Below are positions 18,347 through 29,200 of a DNA stretch of 64,000 nt, piece after piece. The notes beneath the pieces are model-generated. The model saw only the letters and a list, made by a program, of their open reading frames with translations. It was not told where the DNA came from and made no database searches. The DNA lies in the IMG/VR virus record IMGVR_UViG_3300034069_000907, positions 4,016 to 68,015 of that record. One strand, given 5' to 3'. Both the position numbers and the translations under genes were made by a program. Every line of letters starts with the position of its first letter. The first letter of the stretch is position 1. This DNA is from a virus.

Positions 18347-18811
18347 ATGGCAGATCGCGTTGCTATCGCGGGCGGCACTCGCGTGCTTGTCCGCCTCCTC
18401 GGCTCCACCACGGGCCCGATCGGTACCGCAGCCGGCACCGTCCTTCCGGAGGTGGAGTCCCTCGGCGACATCTCGGAGACCAACGCGGAGGTGCAGGCCA
18501 CCCCGTTGAGCTCCAAGAACATCCGGTACATCGCGGGTCTGACGGACGGCGCGCCGATGGAGATCACCATGTTCCTCCTGACGGACGATGCCGTTCAGGA
18601 GGCCGTGCACGCCGCGCAGACGCAGCGCCGCGAGCTCGAGATCATCGTGCAGCCGGACGACACGGCCTCGCAGTACCGGTTCAATTACCAGCCGACGGGC
18701 CACACCCTGCGCCTCGGCGCGGCGGGCGATCCCAAGCGTCGGGTCGTTGCCGGCCGCGTGAACAGCGCGGTCATCCAGGAGCCGAACCTCAACCCCGATT
18801 ACGACGCCTAA
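18347..18811 (+). CDS. major tail tube protein
   Basis: VESLGDISETNAEVQATPLS...YIAGLTDG..MEIT pattern; precedes chaperones and tape measure. Confidence 0.85.
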   Translation: MADRVAIAGGTRVLVRLLGSTTGPIGTAAGTVLPEVESLGDISETNAEVQATPLSSKNIRYIAGLTDGAPMEITMFLLTDDAVQEAVHAAQTQRRELEIIVQPDDTASQYRFNYQPTGHTLRLGAAGDPKRRVVAGRVNSAVIQEPNLNPDYDA

Positions 18812-18820
18812 GCCGCGTCC

Positions 18821-19375
18821 ATGTCGGATTCGTCCCCTCAGAATAAGGTGCCCTTCCCCCTGGCGGGGGAAGGCGCCACCCTCCGGTTCCGAACCATGGA
18901 TATGGTCGTGCTCCGGGAGAAATTCGGCGAGCCCAAGATCGTCAAGGTCACGACCAAAAACGAGCTTGGGTTTGATACCGAAATCGAGGTCTACGAGACC
19001 TTCACCGATCGCCTCGATCAGCTTGTTCGGTTGAATGATCCGGTCGCCATCATCGCTTGCCTGCGGGCCGGCCTGAAGGAAGAGGATGGCGCCAAGCCGT
19101 TTTCCCGCATCAGCCTCGATGATCTTCCCTTCGGGCTGAAGGACGCGGTTCGTCCGATCCAGGATGCGCTTGTGCTCGGCATCACGGGCGAGTCCTTCGC
19201 TGTCCTGGTGCGGAAGCAAGACGCGGCCGCGGCGGAGGCGAAAGAGAAGCAAGCGATGCGGGATCGCGGCATCGCCTTCAATGACGATGAGGATCCCGCG
19301 CCGGACCCTACGAAGACCCTGACGGAGGGGACATCGTCTCCCGCTGCATCAGGGTCGGGTACCGAGCAGGCCTAG
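18821..19375 (+). CDS. tail assembly chaperone (gpG-like)
   Basis: Position between tail tube and tape measure; acidic, helical. Confidence 0.72.
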   Translation: MSDSSPQNKVPFPLAGEGATLRFRTMDMVVLREKFGEPKIVKVTTKNELGFDTEIEVYETFTDRLDQLVRLNDPVAIIACLRAGLKEEDGAKPFSRISLDDLPFGLKDAVRPIQDALVLGITGESFAVLVRKQDAAAAEAKEKQAMRDRGIAFNDDEDPAPDPTKTLTEGTSSPAASGSGTEQA

Positions 19376-19620
19376 TGACGGATGAGATCCTCGCCATGAC
19401 GCCGGGCGAGGTGTTTGCCATCGCGAATGCCCGGATCGGGTACCGCATGGAGCTCCTGAAGCGGAGCGCTCACCTCATCGCCGCCCTGAGCGGGTTCCGG
19501 TCCGTCAAATCCTACGAAGAGACCTTCCCGACTGAGCGCAAGAAGCCGTTGCTCAAGAAGAAGGGCGATCTCGGCAAATTCTTTGCCCGGATCGATCAAC
19601 GAGTGAAGAAGAAGGCCTAA
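19375..19620 (+). CDS. tail assembly chaperone C-terminal part (gpT-like)
   Basis: EILAMTPGEV motif; lies in the -1 frame, open from 19291. Confidence 0.7.
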   Translation: MTDEILAMTPGEVFAIANARIGYRMELLKRSAHLIAALSGFRSVKSYEETFPTERKKPLLKKKGDLGKFFARIDQRVKKKA

Positions 19621-19626
19621 AGCCAA

Positions 19627-22600
19627 ATGGTCGCTGAGGTCGCCTCAATCGAAGTCACCCTCAAGCTCCTCGGGATCGATCGATTCCAGGCGGGCATGCG
19701 GGGCGCAAGCACGGTCTCCGAGCAGACCGGCGCGCGCGTGGCACGATCGATCGAGAACATCGCCTCAGCGACCAACCGCGCCGGTGCCGCGAGCGCAGGC
19801 CTGGGACGCAGCGACCGTGCGCTCCAGCAAGTCGGCTTCTCCGCGCTCCGGGCCGAGACGAGTGTTCTGGCCCTGTCCAAGGCGCTGACGGCCGCCGGCG
19901 TCGCGGTGGGCGGCCTCGCGGGCGGCGTCGCGTTCAACGCCTTCAAGAACTATGCGGACGCGGCCACCACGATTGCCAACAAGCTGGCGGTGGTGATCCC
20001 GATCCAGAGCCAGCGCGCGGAGATTGACGCCAAGATCTTCGACACGGCGCAGCGCACGCGCACGTCCTACGAGTCGACCGCGGCGATCTTCTCCCGCATG
20101 TCCCTGTCCTCGAAGGAGCTCGGCGCCACACAGGCCGACGTGCTCAAGGTGGTGGAGACGACGCAGAAGGCGCTCAAGGCCGGCGGCGCCACGAGTTCTG
20201 AGGCGGCCTCGATCGCGACGCAGTTGACCCAGGCCCTCGGCTCCGGTCGCGGCCTGGCCGGCGATGAGCTCAAGAGCATCGCCGAGAACTCCCCCGTCCT
20301 GCTGCAAGCCATTGCCACGGAATTCGGCGTCACCACGGGCGCGCTGAAGGACATGGGCGCCAATGGCGAGCTCGCCGCCAAGCGCGTGTTCGCGGCCATC
20401 AAGAACGCGGGATCCGAGATCGATCGCGTCTTTAGCGAGACCGCCCCAACGATCGCCGACGGCATCCAGCAGATCGACAACGCGCTGACCCGCTACATAG
20501 GGAACGTGGACAAGAGCCTGGGGGCGACCAAAGCCCTGACGCAGGGGCTCGGCTTCATCGCGAACAACATCGGGAACATCGGCGACGCCACCGGCCTGGT
20601 GGTCGCGGGCCTCGCCGCCTCCCTGGTGGGCCGGGGCGCCACGAAGGCCACCAGGGCCGTGGTCGATCCCTTCAAAGATGCCCGGAACGCCGCGGCCAAG
20701 AACCTCGCCGACGCGCGGGCCCTGTCGGACGCACGGTTCGCGGAGCGCACCAACGCGCTCGGATCCGCCCTGGCCGCCCGGTACCGTGCGCAGCAGGTTG
20801 AGGCCTCCCCGAGCACCGCCCTCGCCGGACCGAAGGCCATCGCGGATCTCGTGGCGGCCGAGAAGCGCGTGGCCGGCCAGCGCGAGTCCCTGCGCAGCGC
20901 AACCGAGAAGCTGTCCGCGGCCGAGAAGGCGCGCAACGATCTCGCCGGCTCGACGGTCTCGGCCTCCAAGGGCGTGATCCAGGCGGAGGAGCGCGCGGCC
21001 ACCGCCATCGCCAACCGCCGCGAGCAGCTTACGAAGGCCCTCACCGGCTACAGCGCGGCGGCGGGCGAGATCGGCGGCGCTCAGGGATCCCTGTCCAAGC
21101 GCGCGTCCGAGCGCCTGTCTGCGGCCGTGGCAGAGCGCGAGGAGCTCGCCCGCAAGCTGGCGGAGGTGGACGCTCGAGCAGCAGCCGCGCAGGCGCAGGC
21201 TGACGGCGCCGTGACGGGGCGCGGGGCGAAGACTGCCGGCCGGGCCGCGCGCGCCGCGGAGTTGAGCACCGAGATCCAGGAGGCCACGGCCTCAAGGAAC
21301 CGTGTCGGCCGCGCGCTCCAGGAAGCGATCCGGATTCAGAACGAGAAGGAGGAGGCTCTCCAGGCCGCCAACACGGCCGCGCGCGAGAAGGCGGCCGCAG
21401 ACACGGACCGCGTGGGTAAGCGCCTGGTGCAGGCCGAATCCGCCCTGGTGTCCGCGCGTGAGGATCTCGCCGCGCGCGCGGCCCGCACCGCATCCGGCGG
21501 CCCCGTGCGCAGCGCCGGCACCATGCTCAAGGCGATCGAGGAGGAGATCCAGGCGCAGGAGCGCGTCGCCACCCTGACGAAGCGGCGCGACACCCTCTCG
21601 GCGTCCTACCTGGATCTCGCCGGCCGGGCCGGGAATGCATCGGGATCCCTGAAGGCGCCCGACGTGAAGGCCCTGAATGAGGCTCGATCCGCCAGGGATT
21701 CGCTTTTCAAGCAACTCGCCACGATCGATGCGCAGATTGCCGCCAAGACGGCCGAGCGCGACCGGGAGACCGCGGCGATCACGCCGTACGGCCGGAAGGT
21801 GCTCGATCGCAACGACGCTGGCGAAGCGCAGAAGAAGGAGGCCACGGCCGCCATCGCCGCCGCCGCGACCGAGCGCGAGGCCATCGCCAAGCGCCTCGCC
21901 GAGACGGAAGCCCGGATTGCGGAGGGCGAGCAGGCCACCACCGCCCGCACGGCTGAGGCGCGCCTGAAGGCGATCGAGGTGACGTCCCAGGCCGGCCAGC
22001 GCCTCCGGGATGTGCAGCAGGCGCTTGTCGCGGATCTCGGCGTGCTCAATCAGCGCCGCGCGGCCGTGATCGCCAGCGAGGTCGACAACGAGGCGGGCCG
22101 CGCCCGGAAGCTCGAGGAGATCGATCGGCAGATTGCCGACAACCGGAAGAACCAAGCCGGCATCAAGACCGCGATCGGCTTCGGAGAACAGGGCGTCTCG
22201 AAGGCTCGGCAGGCCGTGGAGCTCGACGCTGCCGGCCAACGCGAGGCCGCCAAGGCAGCGCAGACCGCCGCGGATGCCGCCGTGGTCGCGTCCCGCAAGG
22301 CCAGCAACGAGGTGGCCGAGTCCGTCGCCAAGGCGCAGCGTGCCGCCACCGCGTCGGCCATCGTGGGCACGGTTGCCAGGAGCTCGATCGGCGCCCTGAG
22401 CGGTCTCGTGGGGCTCCTCGGCGGCCCGTTCGCCGCGGCCCTGACGGCGGCCAGCGTCGGCCTCGCCGGTTACTCCATCATCCAGGCGCGCGCGGCCGCT
22501 GAGGCGGAGAAGCATGCGGATGCCCTCGGCAAGCTGGCGGAGCGCACGGCGGAGCTCAACGCGCTCCGGGAGAAGGGCGGGGCCCGTCCGGAGAATGAGC

Positions 22601-24927
22601 GCCAGCGCGACGCGATCCAGCAGCGTGACGCGGCGCGCGGAGTGGCGGACATCCGGAACAAGGCGCTCGACACCTTCAACTCGGCGTCGGCCGTTGCGGA
22701 GGGCCGGGTAAGTCTGGGATCGGATTCGGGCCTCGCCGTTGCCGGCCTCAACGACATCGAGAAGGCGGCGCAGCGCGTCGGCATCAACCTCGAGCAGGCG
22801 GTGCTGAACGTGGGCCGGTTGCCCAAGGCCAGCATCGAGGCGGCCGACGCCACCAAGCAGCTTGCCGAAATCCTGACGGAAGCCGCCCGCGTAGATCCCC
22901 GGTATGCCGAGCAGGCCATCGCCCTCCAGGCGCTCGCCAAGGCGCAGCGGGAGGCGGCCGTCACGGCGAAGGAGCATGCGGACGCTGAGGCCGGCATCGG
23001 TGACACGGAGCGCCGGGCGCGGAGCCGGAAGGCTGTCTACGACGCGGATGAGGGCGGGCCGCTCATCAAGGCCCCGCTCTTCAGCCAGGATCGCGTGAAG
23101 GAGGAGACGGACGCGATCAAGGATTACGTCAAGACAATCGGCGCCGACATCGGCAAGATCGGGGAGAACACCTTCCAGTTCCCCGAGCTCGCGATCCTGC
23201 GCCAGCAACTCCAGGCGGCCGTACAGGACGTGGCGACCGCGAAGGTCGCAGCACAGCAGCTTGCCTCAGGCCAAATCATCCCGACCGGGCTGAACGATGC
23301 GATCCAGGCTTTCGCCACCGGGAAGACGTCGGTTGAGGAGTACGCCACCGCGCTCCAGAACGCGCGCGACACGATGCCGAATTTCCGGCCCCTCATCGAG
23401 AGCCTCATCGAATCGGCGAACAAGGGTCTGAGCGCGTCGGCCGCCCTCCAGGAGCTCGATGCGAAACGGGCCGCCCTGGATGGATCCTCGGCCACGATCA
23501 ACATCAACGTCGTCACCCGCTCGATCGGGCAGGTGCGCTCGGAGGATCTCAAGGAGATCGAGAAGCAGAGCGCCGACGCTGATAAGGCCATGCTCGACCT
23601 GTCGTCCAAGACCCGCAACCTGGAGCTCCAGGCCAAGGGCAAGAACGCGGAAGCCAAGGCGCTAGAGCTCAAGGGCCAGCAGCCCGGTATCGATCTCAAG
23701 GCCGCGACGGAGGAATTCCGGAAACAGGAGAAGCTGCAAGACCAGATCTCCGACATGAAGAAGAAGGGACGCAGTAAAAAGCCGAAGAAGAGCCAGGAGG
23801 AAAAGGACGAAGAGACCCTCGCCAAGAAGCTCCAGGAGCTCGACCAGGATTCGAAGGTCGCGGGCCTGAACGACTTCGACCAAAAGACCGTCCGATTCGC
23901 GCAGAACGCCAAGGTCGCCACCGATCAGATTGAGGCCTTCATCAAGGGCGCGCAGTCCGGCGACCTGTCGAACATCCCGCCGACGATGCAGCAGATCTAC
24001 GAGAAGATGCAGCTTCTCGAGGGCGTGAAGCTCGCCAAGAACGCGCTCGATGAGATCTTCCCGGCGCGCAAGCTGGCGCGGGAGCTCCAGGAGCTCGCGG
24101 CGGCCGCCAACGCCTCCCCGGAGATCGCGGCCAACCTGGAGATGATCGAGGCCAAGATCCGGGAGAACAACGCCCCGGATTGGGCCAAGGGATTGACCGG
24201 CGGCATCGCGACCGCGGCGAAATCGGTGGCGGACGGCACGGCCACGATCGGCGGCGCGCTCGAGACGCTGAAGACGAAGATCATCAACCTCGCGCTCGAT
24301 CAGGCGTTCAAGCCATTCGAGACCGCGTTCACGGCCATGCTGACGAAGCTCTCCGCCGGCGACGGTGGCGGCTTCCTCAAGCTCCTCGGCATCGGTGGCG
24401 GCGGTGGCGAGTCCCTGGCGGCCTCGGACAGCATCGCCCTCGCGGGTGTGCCCATGTACGCCGCCGGCGTCACGGATCTCGGCATGGTCCACGGGCCCGG
24501 GAGCGGCACCTCGGATAGCATCCTGGCGCGCCTGTCGAACGGCGAATCCGTGGTTACGGCCAAGGCGACCAAGAAATTCCGCGGGCTGATCGAGGCCATG
24601 AATGCGGATCGGATCCCGGCGTTCTCGCGCGGCGGGATCGCGGCGGCCGGCGCCGGCGTCTCCATGGCCGCGATGATGGCGGCCTCGAGTGCCTCGACGC
24701 AGGCCACGGCCGCCGGCGCCGCGGCATCCCTCCCGCCGATCGGCGTCACGATCATGGAAGCGCCAGGCGGGGACAAGGCCACCAACGTGCGCCAGGAGCG
24801 CCGTCCCGATGGTGGGCTAGAGGTTGTCGCTGAGATGGTGGAGCGCCGGATCGGCGGCCGTGTCGCAAGAGATCGCGGATCAGTCGCGGAGGGCATTAGC
24901 GCCCGCGGCCGGCTGAGGGGGGCCTGA
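19627..24927 (+). CDS. tail tape measure protein (1766 aa)
   Basis: N-terminal tape-measure domain (AQRTRTSYESTAAIF, QLTQALGSG..AGDELKSI), long Ala-rich helix, C-terminal GPGSGTSDSILARLSNGESV. Confidence 0.95.
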   Translation: MVAEVASIEVTLKLLGIDRFQAGMRGASTVSEQTGARVARSIENIASATNRAGAASAGLGRSDRALQQVGFSALRAETSVLALSKALTAAGVAVGGLAGGVAFNAFKNYADAATTIANKLAVVIPIQSQRAEIDAKIFDTAQRTRTSYESTAAIFSRMSLSSKELGATQADVLKVVETTQKALKAGGATSSEAASIATQLTQALGSGRGLAGDELKSIAENSPVLLQAIATEFGVTTGALKDMGANGELAAKRVFAAIKNAGSEIDRVFSETAPTIADGIQQIDNALTRYIGNVDKSLGATKALTQGLGFIANNIGNIGDATGLVVAGLAASLVGRGATKATRAVVDPFKDARNAAAKNLADARALSDARFAERTNALGSALAARYRAQQVEASPSTALAGPKAIADLVAAEKRVAGQRESLRSATEKLSAAEKARNDLAGSTVSASKGVIQAEERAATAIANRREQLTKALTGYSAAAGEIGGAQGSLSKRASERLSAAVAEREELARKLAEVDARAAAAQAQADGAVTGRGAKTAGRAARAAELSTEIQEATASRNRVGRALQEAIRIQNEKEEALQAANTAAREKAAADTDRVGKRLVQAESALVSAREDLAARAARTASGGPVRSAGTMLKAIEEEIQAQERVATLTKRRDTLSASYLDLAGRAGNASGSLKAPDVKALNEARSARDSLFKQLATIDAQIAAKTAERDRETAAITPYGRKVLDRNDAGEAQKKEATAAIAAAATEREAIAKRLAETEARIAEGEQATTARTAEARLKAIEVTSQAGQRLRDVQQALVADLGVLNQRRAAVIASEVDNEAGRARKLEEIDRQIADNRKNQAGIKTAIGFGEQGVSKARQAVELDAAGQREAAKAAQTAADAAVVASRKASNEVAESVAKAQRAATASAIVGTVARSSIGALSGLVGLLGGPFAAALTAASVGLAGYSIIQARAAAEAEKHADALGKLAERTAELNALREKGGARPENERQRDAIQQRDAARGVADIRNKALDTFNSASAVAEGRVSLGSDSGLAVAGLNDIEKAAQRVGINLEQAVLNVGRLPKASIEAADATKQLAEILTEAARVDPRYAEQAIALQALAKAQREAAVTAKEHADAEAGIGDTERRARSRKAVYDADEGGPLIKAPLFSQDRVKEETDAIKDYVKTIGADIGKIGENTFQFPELAILRQQLQAAVQDVATAKVAAQQLASGQIIPTGLNDAIQAFATGKTSVEEYATALQNARDTMPNFRPLIESLIESANKGLSASAALQELDAKRAALDGSSATININVVTRSIGQVRSEDLKEIEKQSADADKAMLDLSSKTRNLELQAKGKNAEAKALELKGQQPGIDLKAATEEFRKQEKLQDQISDMKKKGRSKKPKKSQEEKDEETLAKKLQELDQDSKVAGLNDFDQKTVRFAQNAKVATDQIEAFIKGAQSGDLSNIPPTMQQIYEKMQLLEGVKLAKNALDEIFPARKLARELQELAAAANASPEIAANLEMIEAKIRENNAPDWAKGLTGGIATAAKSVADGTATIGGALETLKTKIINLALDQAFKPFETAFTAMLTKLSAGDGGGFLKLLGIGGGGGESLAASDSIALAGVPMYAAGVTDLGMVHGPGSGTSDSILARLSNGESVVTAKATKKFRGLIEAMNADRIPAFSRGGIAAAGAGVSMAAMMAASSASTQATAAGAAASLPPIGVTIMEAPGGDKATNVRQERRPDGGLEVVAEMVERRIGGRVARDRGSVAEGISARGRLRGA

Positions 24928-25307
24928 TGCCTGAAATTAAGACATGGCCTTCGAGTGTGCCGTACGTGCCGCTGCGAGACGGCTTCGACATGCAGGAGCG
25001 GTATAAGCCGAACCTTTCGCACGACACCGAGCAGGGCCCTGGGCGCCAGCGTGCCGCAGCCTCGAGCATCTGGACCAAGCTATCCTACAAAATTTCCCTC
25101 ACCGAAGATGAGATGACGGTGATCGACAATTTTATTCTCAATGAATTGGCGCAGGGATCGGCAAGGTTCCGTATGCCGGTAGGCCGCTTCTACGCTCCAG
25201 AGCCATGGCCGTTCAAGCTCGTCTACATCGAAAACGGCGTCTATAAGATAGAACCGTTTGGTGCGCAACTAGCTATATCCTTTACTCTAAAAGTGCTGAA
25301 TTGGTAG
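24927..25307 (+). CDS. distal tail protein (lambda gpM position)
   Basis: TGATG coupling to the tape measure gene; WPSSVP..PLRDG...GPGRQR pattern. Confidence 0.7.
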   Translation: MPEIKTWPSSVPYVPLRDGFDMQERYKPNLSHDTEQGPGRQRAAASSIWTKLSYKISLTEDEMTVIDNFILNELAQGSARFRMPVGRFYAPEPWPFKLVYIENGVYKIEPFGAQLAISFTLKVLNW

Positions 25308-25308
25308 A

Positions 25309-25806
25309 ATGGCTACTTCTAGAGAACAGGCACGGGATATGGCGTACGCCGCAGCGCCTGCGTCAAAGCCAATCCTCACCGTCATCATGCTCGATGAGGA
25401 GTCTTTCAGCGAGGCGGTCTACCTGATCCGCGGCCCTGAAGAGGACACCGTCATCCACCTCGAAACCGGGCAGGCCGTCACAGCCATCGCCTGCGGCTAC
25501 AAGGTGACGCTCCACGGGTTCGATAATAAGGGCCCCACCACCGCCAAGGCCGAAATCTCAAACGTGTCGGGCAAGATCCGCCCATACGTGAAGTCGGCTC
25601 GCAATCCGATCCGGGTGGAATACCGAGCATATTACGAGGACGATTTCTCCAAACCGATCGACATCATAACTGGGTACCTCCTCAAGGAAGTCTCGATCAC
25701 GGCCACGCTCTGCCAGGGAGATCTGTCTTTCGCGGAGATCTCAACGCAAGCCTTTCCACTTCGGACATACGACATCGATACCTATCCTGGCCTTTGGAAT
25801 TCGTGA
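25309..25806 (+). CDS. tail tip protein, DUF1833 / gpL-like
   Basis: AYAAAP...TVIML...ISNVSG...FP...YD...YPGL pattern; position. Confidence 0.75.
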   Translation: MATSREQARDMAYAAAPASKPILTVIMLDEESFSEAVYLIRGPEEDTVIHLETGQAVTAIACGYKVTLHGFDNKGPTTAKAEISNVSGKIRPYVKSARNPIRVEYRAYYEDDFSKPIDIITGYLLKEVSITATLCQGDLSFAEISTQAFPLRTYDIDTYPGLWNS

Positions 25807-26201
25807 TGAACCCCGCCGAATTCATTAAATCCGTCTACGGTGGCAAGTGGTCCGTGACGGATCACTGCTGGGATCTTGTGCGCCGCGGTCAGCGAGAGAT
25901 TTATAGCCGCGAGCTCCCTGAGGTGCTGATTTCCGGGAAGCTCGAGGCGCGTGCCCTGGTGCGTATGTTTGATGAGCACCCCGAGCGAGAGCGCTGGGCC
26001 CGTGTGAACATCCCGGAGGATGGCGCGGTGGTGTTGATGAACAAGGGCGGCGCGCACGGCCGCGCCATCCACGCTGGCATCTACTTCGACCTGGACTGCG
26101 GCGGCATCCTTCACGTGGATGATCCGCACGGCGTCGTCTTCGAGGATGCGCTCACCATCCAGCTTCGCGGCTGGACCTGTGATTATTTCGTGCTCGGATA
26201 A
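25806..26201 (+). CDS. NlpC/P60-family tail assembly protein (gpK-like)
   Basis: TGATG coupling; DHCWDLV (Cys), HAGIY (His), ILHV. Confidence 0.8.
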   Translation: MNPAEFIKSVYGGKWSVTDHCWDLVRRGQREIYSRELPEVLISGKLEARALVRMFDEHPERERWARVNIPEDGAVVLMNKGGAHGRAIHAGIYFDLDCGGILHVDDPHGVVFEDALTIQLRGWTCDYFVLG

Positions 26202-26204
26202 CAA

Positions 26205-29200
26205 ATGCCAAACGTCGTTCAGGTCAACGCAGGGGGGCAAGAGATTGCCGCCCCGATCACACTTGACCAAACAGGTCTACGTCTGCCGCAAGTGATCTCG
26301 CGTCACGTCGACCGCTCGCGACCCTTCATGGTGGCAATCCGCCGTCGCCAGGACATCGATACCCCGCTTGACGAACTGTGGGTGGTCCCTGGCTGGAAGG
26401 TAGAGCCTGTCCGCGATGAAGCCGGCAAGATCCTGGTGCAAGGTAAGGTCAAGCCATGGCCGCGCCGGTACCTGCCGAAGGATTGCTCCGTCGTCATCGT
26501 GTACCTCCCTCTTGGTGGCGGCGGTGCGGCTGGCGGCGGATCCCGAAGCAAAAGCCCGCTCGCTGTGGTTGCCGGGATCGCGGGCCTGGCCCTTGCCGCC
26601 TTCGCTGGACCACTTGCAGGGCTCCTCGCCCCCACGCTGTCAGGCGTCCTCGGCGTTGGTACTGGCGTCGCCACCTTCATCGCGCAAGGGGCGTTCGTCA
26701 TCGGTGGTACGGCGCTACTCGCCTTCTCATCGAAGAGCCGTGCCACGAAGAACGCCACGGACACTCGCGAGCTCTATGGCATTTCGGGGGGAGGTAATCT
26801 CCCGAAGCCAGGCGAGACCATCCCGCGCGTGTACGGACGCGTCTGGATCAAGCCGGATCTTTCTCAGCCGGATTTCTCAAAATACGATGGCGATGAGCAG
26901 GCGCTCTACAAGCGCATGACCCTGTCCGTCGGCCAGGCGCGGGTCTACCAAATCCGCGCCGGTAAGCAGGTGATGTGGACGCTAGAGGGCGGCTGGGTCC
27001 CGCCTTTTAACGATGGCCGCAACCGTGTCGAATTCCTCTATGGCACCCCGTCATCCCTGGTGCCCAGCAACGTGATCTCGGCGACGGGTGTGGGAGGCAC
27101 GCTCCCGCGTAGAACCGAGAACCCGTCGATTGCTGGTCCATTCCCGATCAATCAGCGAGGTGCGCTGATCTCCAAGATCGAGATCTCGTTCCAGTTCCCG
27201 AACGGCATCTCCCGGCAGACCACGTTGAAATCTGGAACCGTGCTTTCCAATCAGCCGGCGGCATGGGCGGTGCTGTTTCAGTATGCGCCGATCAATGAGA
27301 GCGGAGCGATCATCGGTCCATGGCTGGTGCTCTACAACGGCAACTCCGGTGCGGAGGGCGCGCGATTCGGTACAAAACCGATGCGCTACACCAAGTCGAT
27401 CGATGTGCCACCCGGGCGCTACGCAGTGCAGGGCTTTAACGTCCAGCCCGACACCTCCGACGCCTCCGGTCCCGGGGATCGGATCGTTGACGCGGCGCAG
27501 TGGGACTCCGCCGTCGGCTACGTGGCGGACGTGGCAGTTCGGCCCGGGATCACCGAGTGCGCCATGGCCCTGTACGCCGGCAAGGGCAATCAGGCCGCGG
27601 CTTTCGGCGAGATCGAGCTCGACGTGGCGGCGATCATCCCGACCTGGACCGGTTCGCAGTGGGTCGACGTCGAGACGCGCAAAGCGGTGTGGGCCTTCTG
27701 CGACGTGCTCCGCAACGCCGATTACGGCGCCGGCATGTCGGAGGAGAGCATGCTCGGCGCACGCGATCTTGCAGCCTTCTATGCCAACGCGATCACGGAA
27801 TTCGACACCTTCGATGACGTGATCCGCGGCCCCGTTTCTGTCTACGAGGCCGGGGCCACGGTGCTCCTGCCGTTCCGGGCAGAGCCGGTTTACCTGGGGA
27901 GGTACTGGAGCTTCGTTCGCGATGAGCCACGCGCCGTGCGCCGCCATATAATCCACCCGCACCAGATCAGTGCGAGCTCAACGAAGGAGAGCTACGACCT
28001 GGATACCGAATCCGGGAAGCACCACGTCATCGGCGAATTCAATCAGGATGGTGATTATAGGACGCCGAATCAAACCCAGGCAATCTACGGCGAAGCCTCG
28101 CGAACTCCTGTGCGCCAACGCTGGACCGGTGTGAGCAATTACGATCACGCTCAACACCTCACCCGCTGGCGCGCGGCTGTGGGCGCTTTCCGCAACTTAT
28201 CGAAGGATTTCGGCGTCGAGCTTGAGGGCCGAATCTACAAGCGAGGCGACTCTATCTCAGTGCCGACGTGGTTCCTCGAGGAGACGAAGGCCGCCCAGGT
28301 GGTCGACGCCTACGGCTATCGTGTGATGCTCGATTGGGCCGTGCCGCTCGCTGCCAACGATCAGATTGTATTCCGCGATCGAACCGGGCGCGAATGGGGC
28401 CCGGTGGGCATCGTGGGTATGGGGTCTGTCGCCGAAGAGATCGTTCTCTCTGCGGCCGACGTTGATCGCATGGAGATGCAGACCGGCCTGAGCTTCTCAG
28501 AGGTGCTGTCGGACGGCGACACGGAAATGACATCCGTCAGCGTCGGGCAGGTGTCCTACCTCAGCGAGAACTATCTCGTAAAGTCGGTCTCCATGACGGA
28601 TGAGGACCGCGCCACCGTCTCCGTGGTGTACGACGCCCCAGAGGTATTTCAGCAGATCGGGGCACCGATTGTGATACCGCCAGACGGCGCGGCTGGCCTA
28701 TCCGATCCGCTGGTGCCGAAGATCCTGGCCTTCACAGCGACCCGCGTTCAGGTCGCCGCCGGGTACATCTGCCAATATGCAATCACGGCCGGCCGTGGAT
28801 GCGTGAGCTTCGACGTCCAGGTTTCCTACGATAACGGAAACCATTTCGAGGATGTGCAGGAGAACGCGAGCGCCGCAACCGGCTCATTTGTACTAAACCC
28901 TGTCGACCCGATTACAATCGTTCTTCGTGCTCGTCCATATGGATCAACCGGACTGCCGGGGCTTTATTTCTATACTGAGCTCCCATTGCCACAATCAGCC
29001 CTTGGAGTATCTCTCCCGCCGATCGATTACGATGATTTCGTTGATGATGTTAAAGCCCGAATCGCGAAGGGTATTCAAGCGCTAGACAAAGCCATTGAGG
29101 CGACCCTACAGGGGCAAATCAACGCCGCTGCCATTATTGATGAGCAGAGCACCCGACAAGAGGGAGATAGGCTTGTCGCCGAGCGGGTCACAGGTGTGGT

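Noticed and set aside
19627-24927. Peptidoglycan hydrolase domain inside the large tape measure protein
   Set aside because: No SLT, M23 or lysozyme motif recognised; the extra length is Ala-rich helix.
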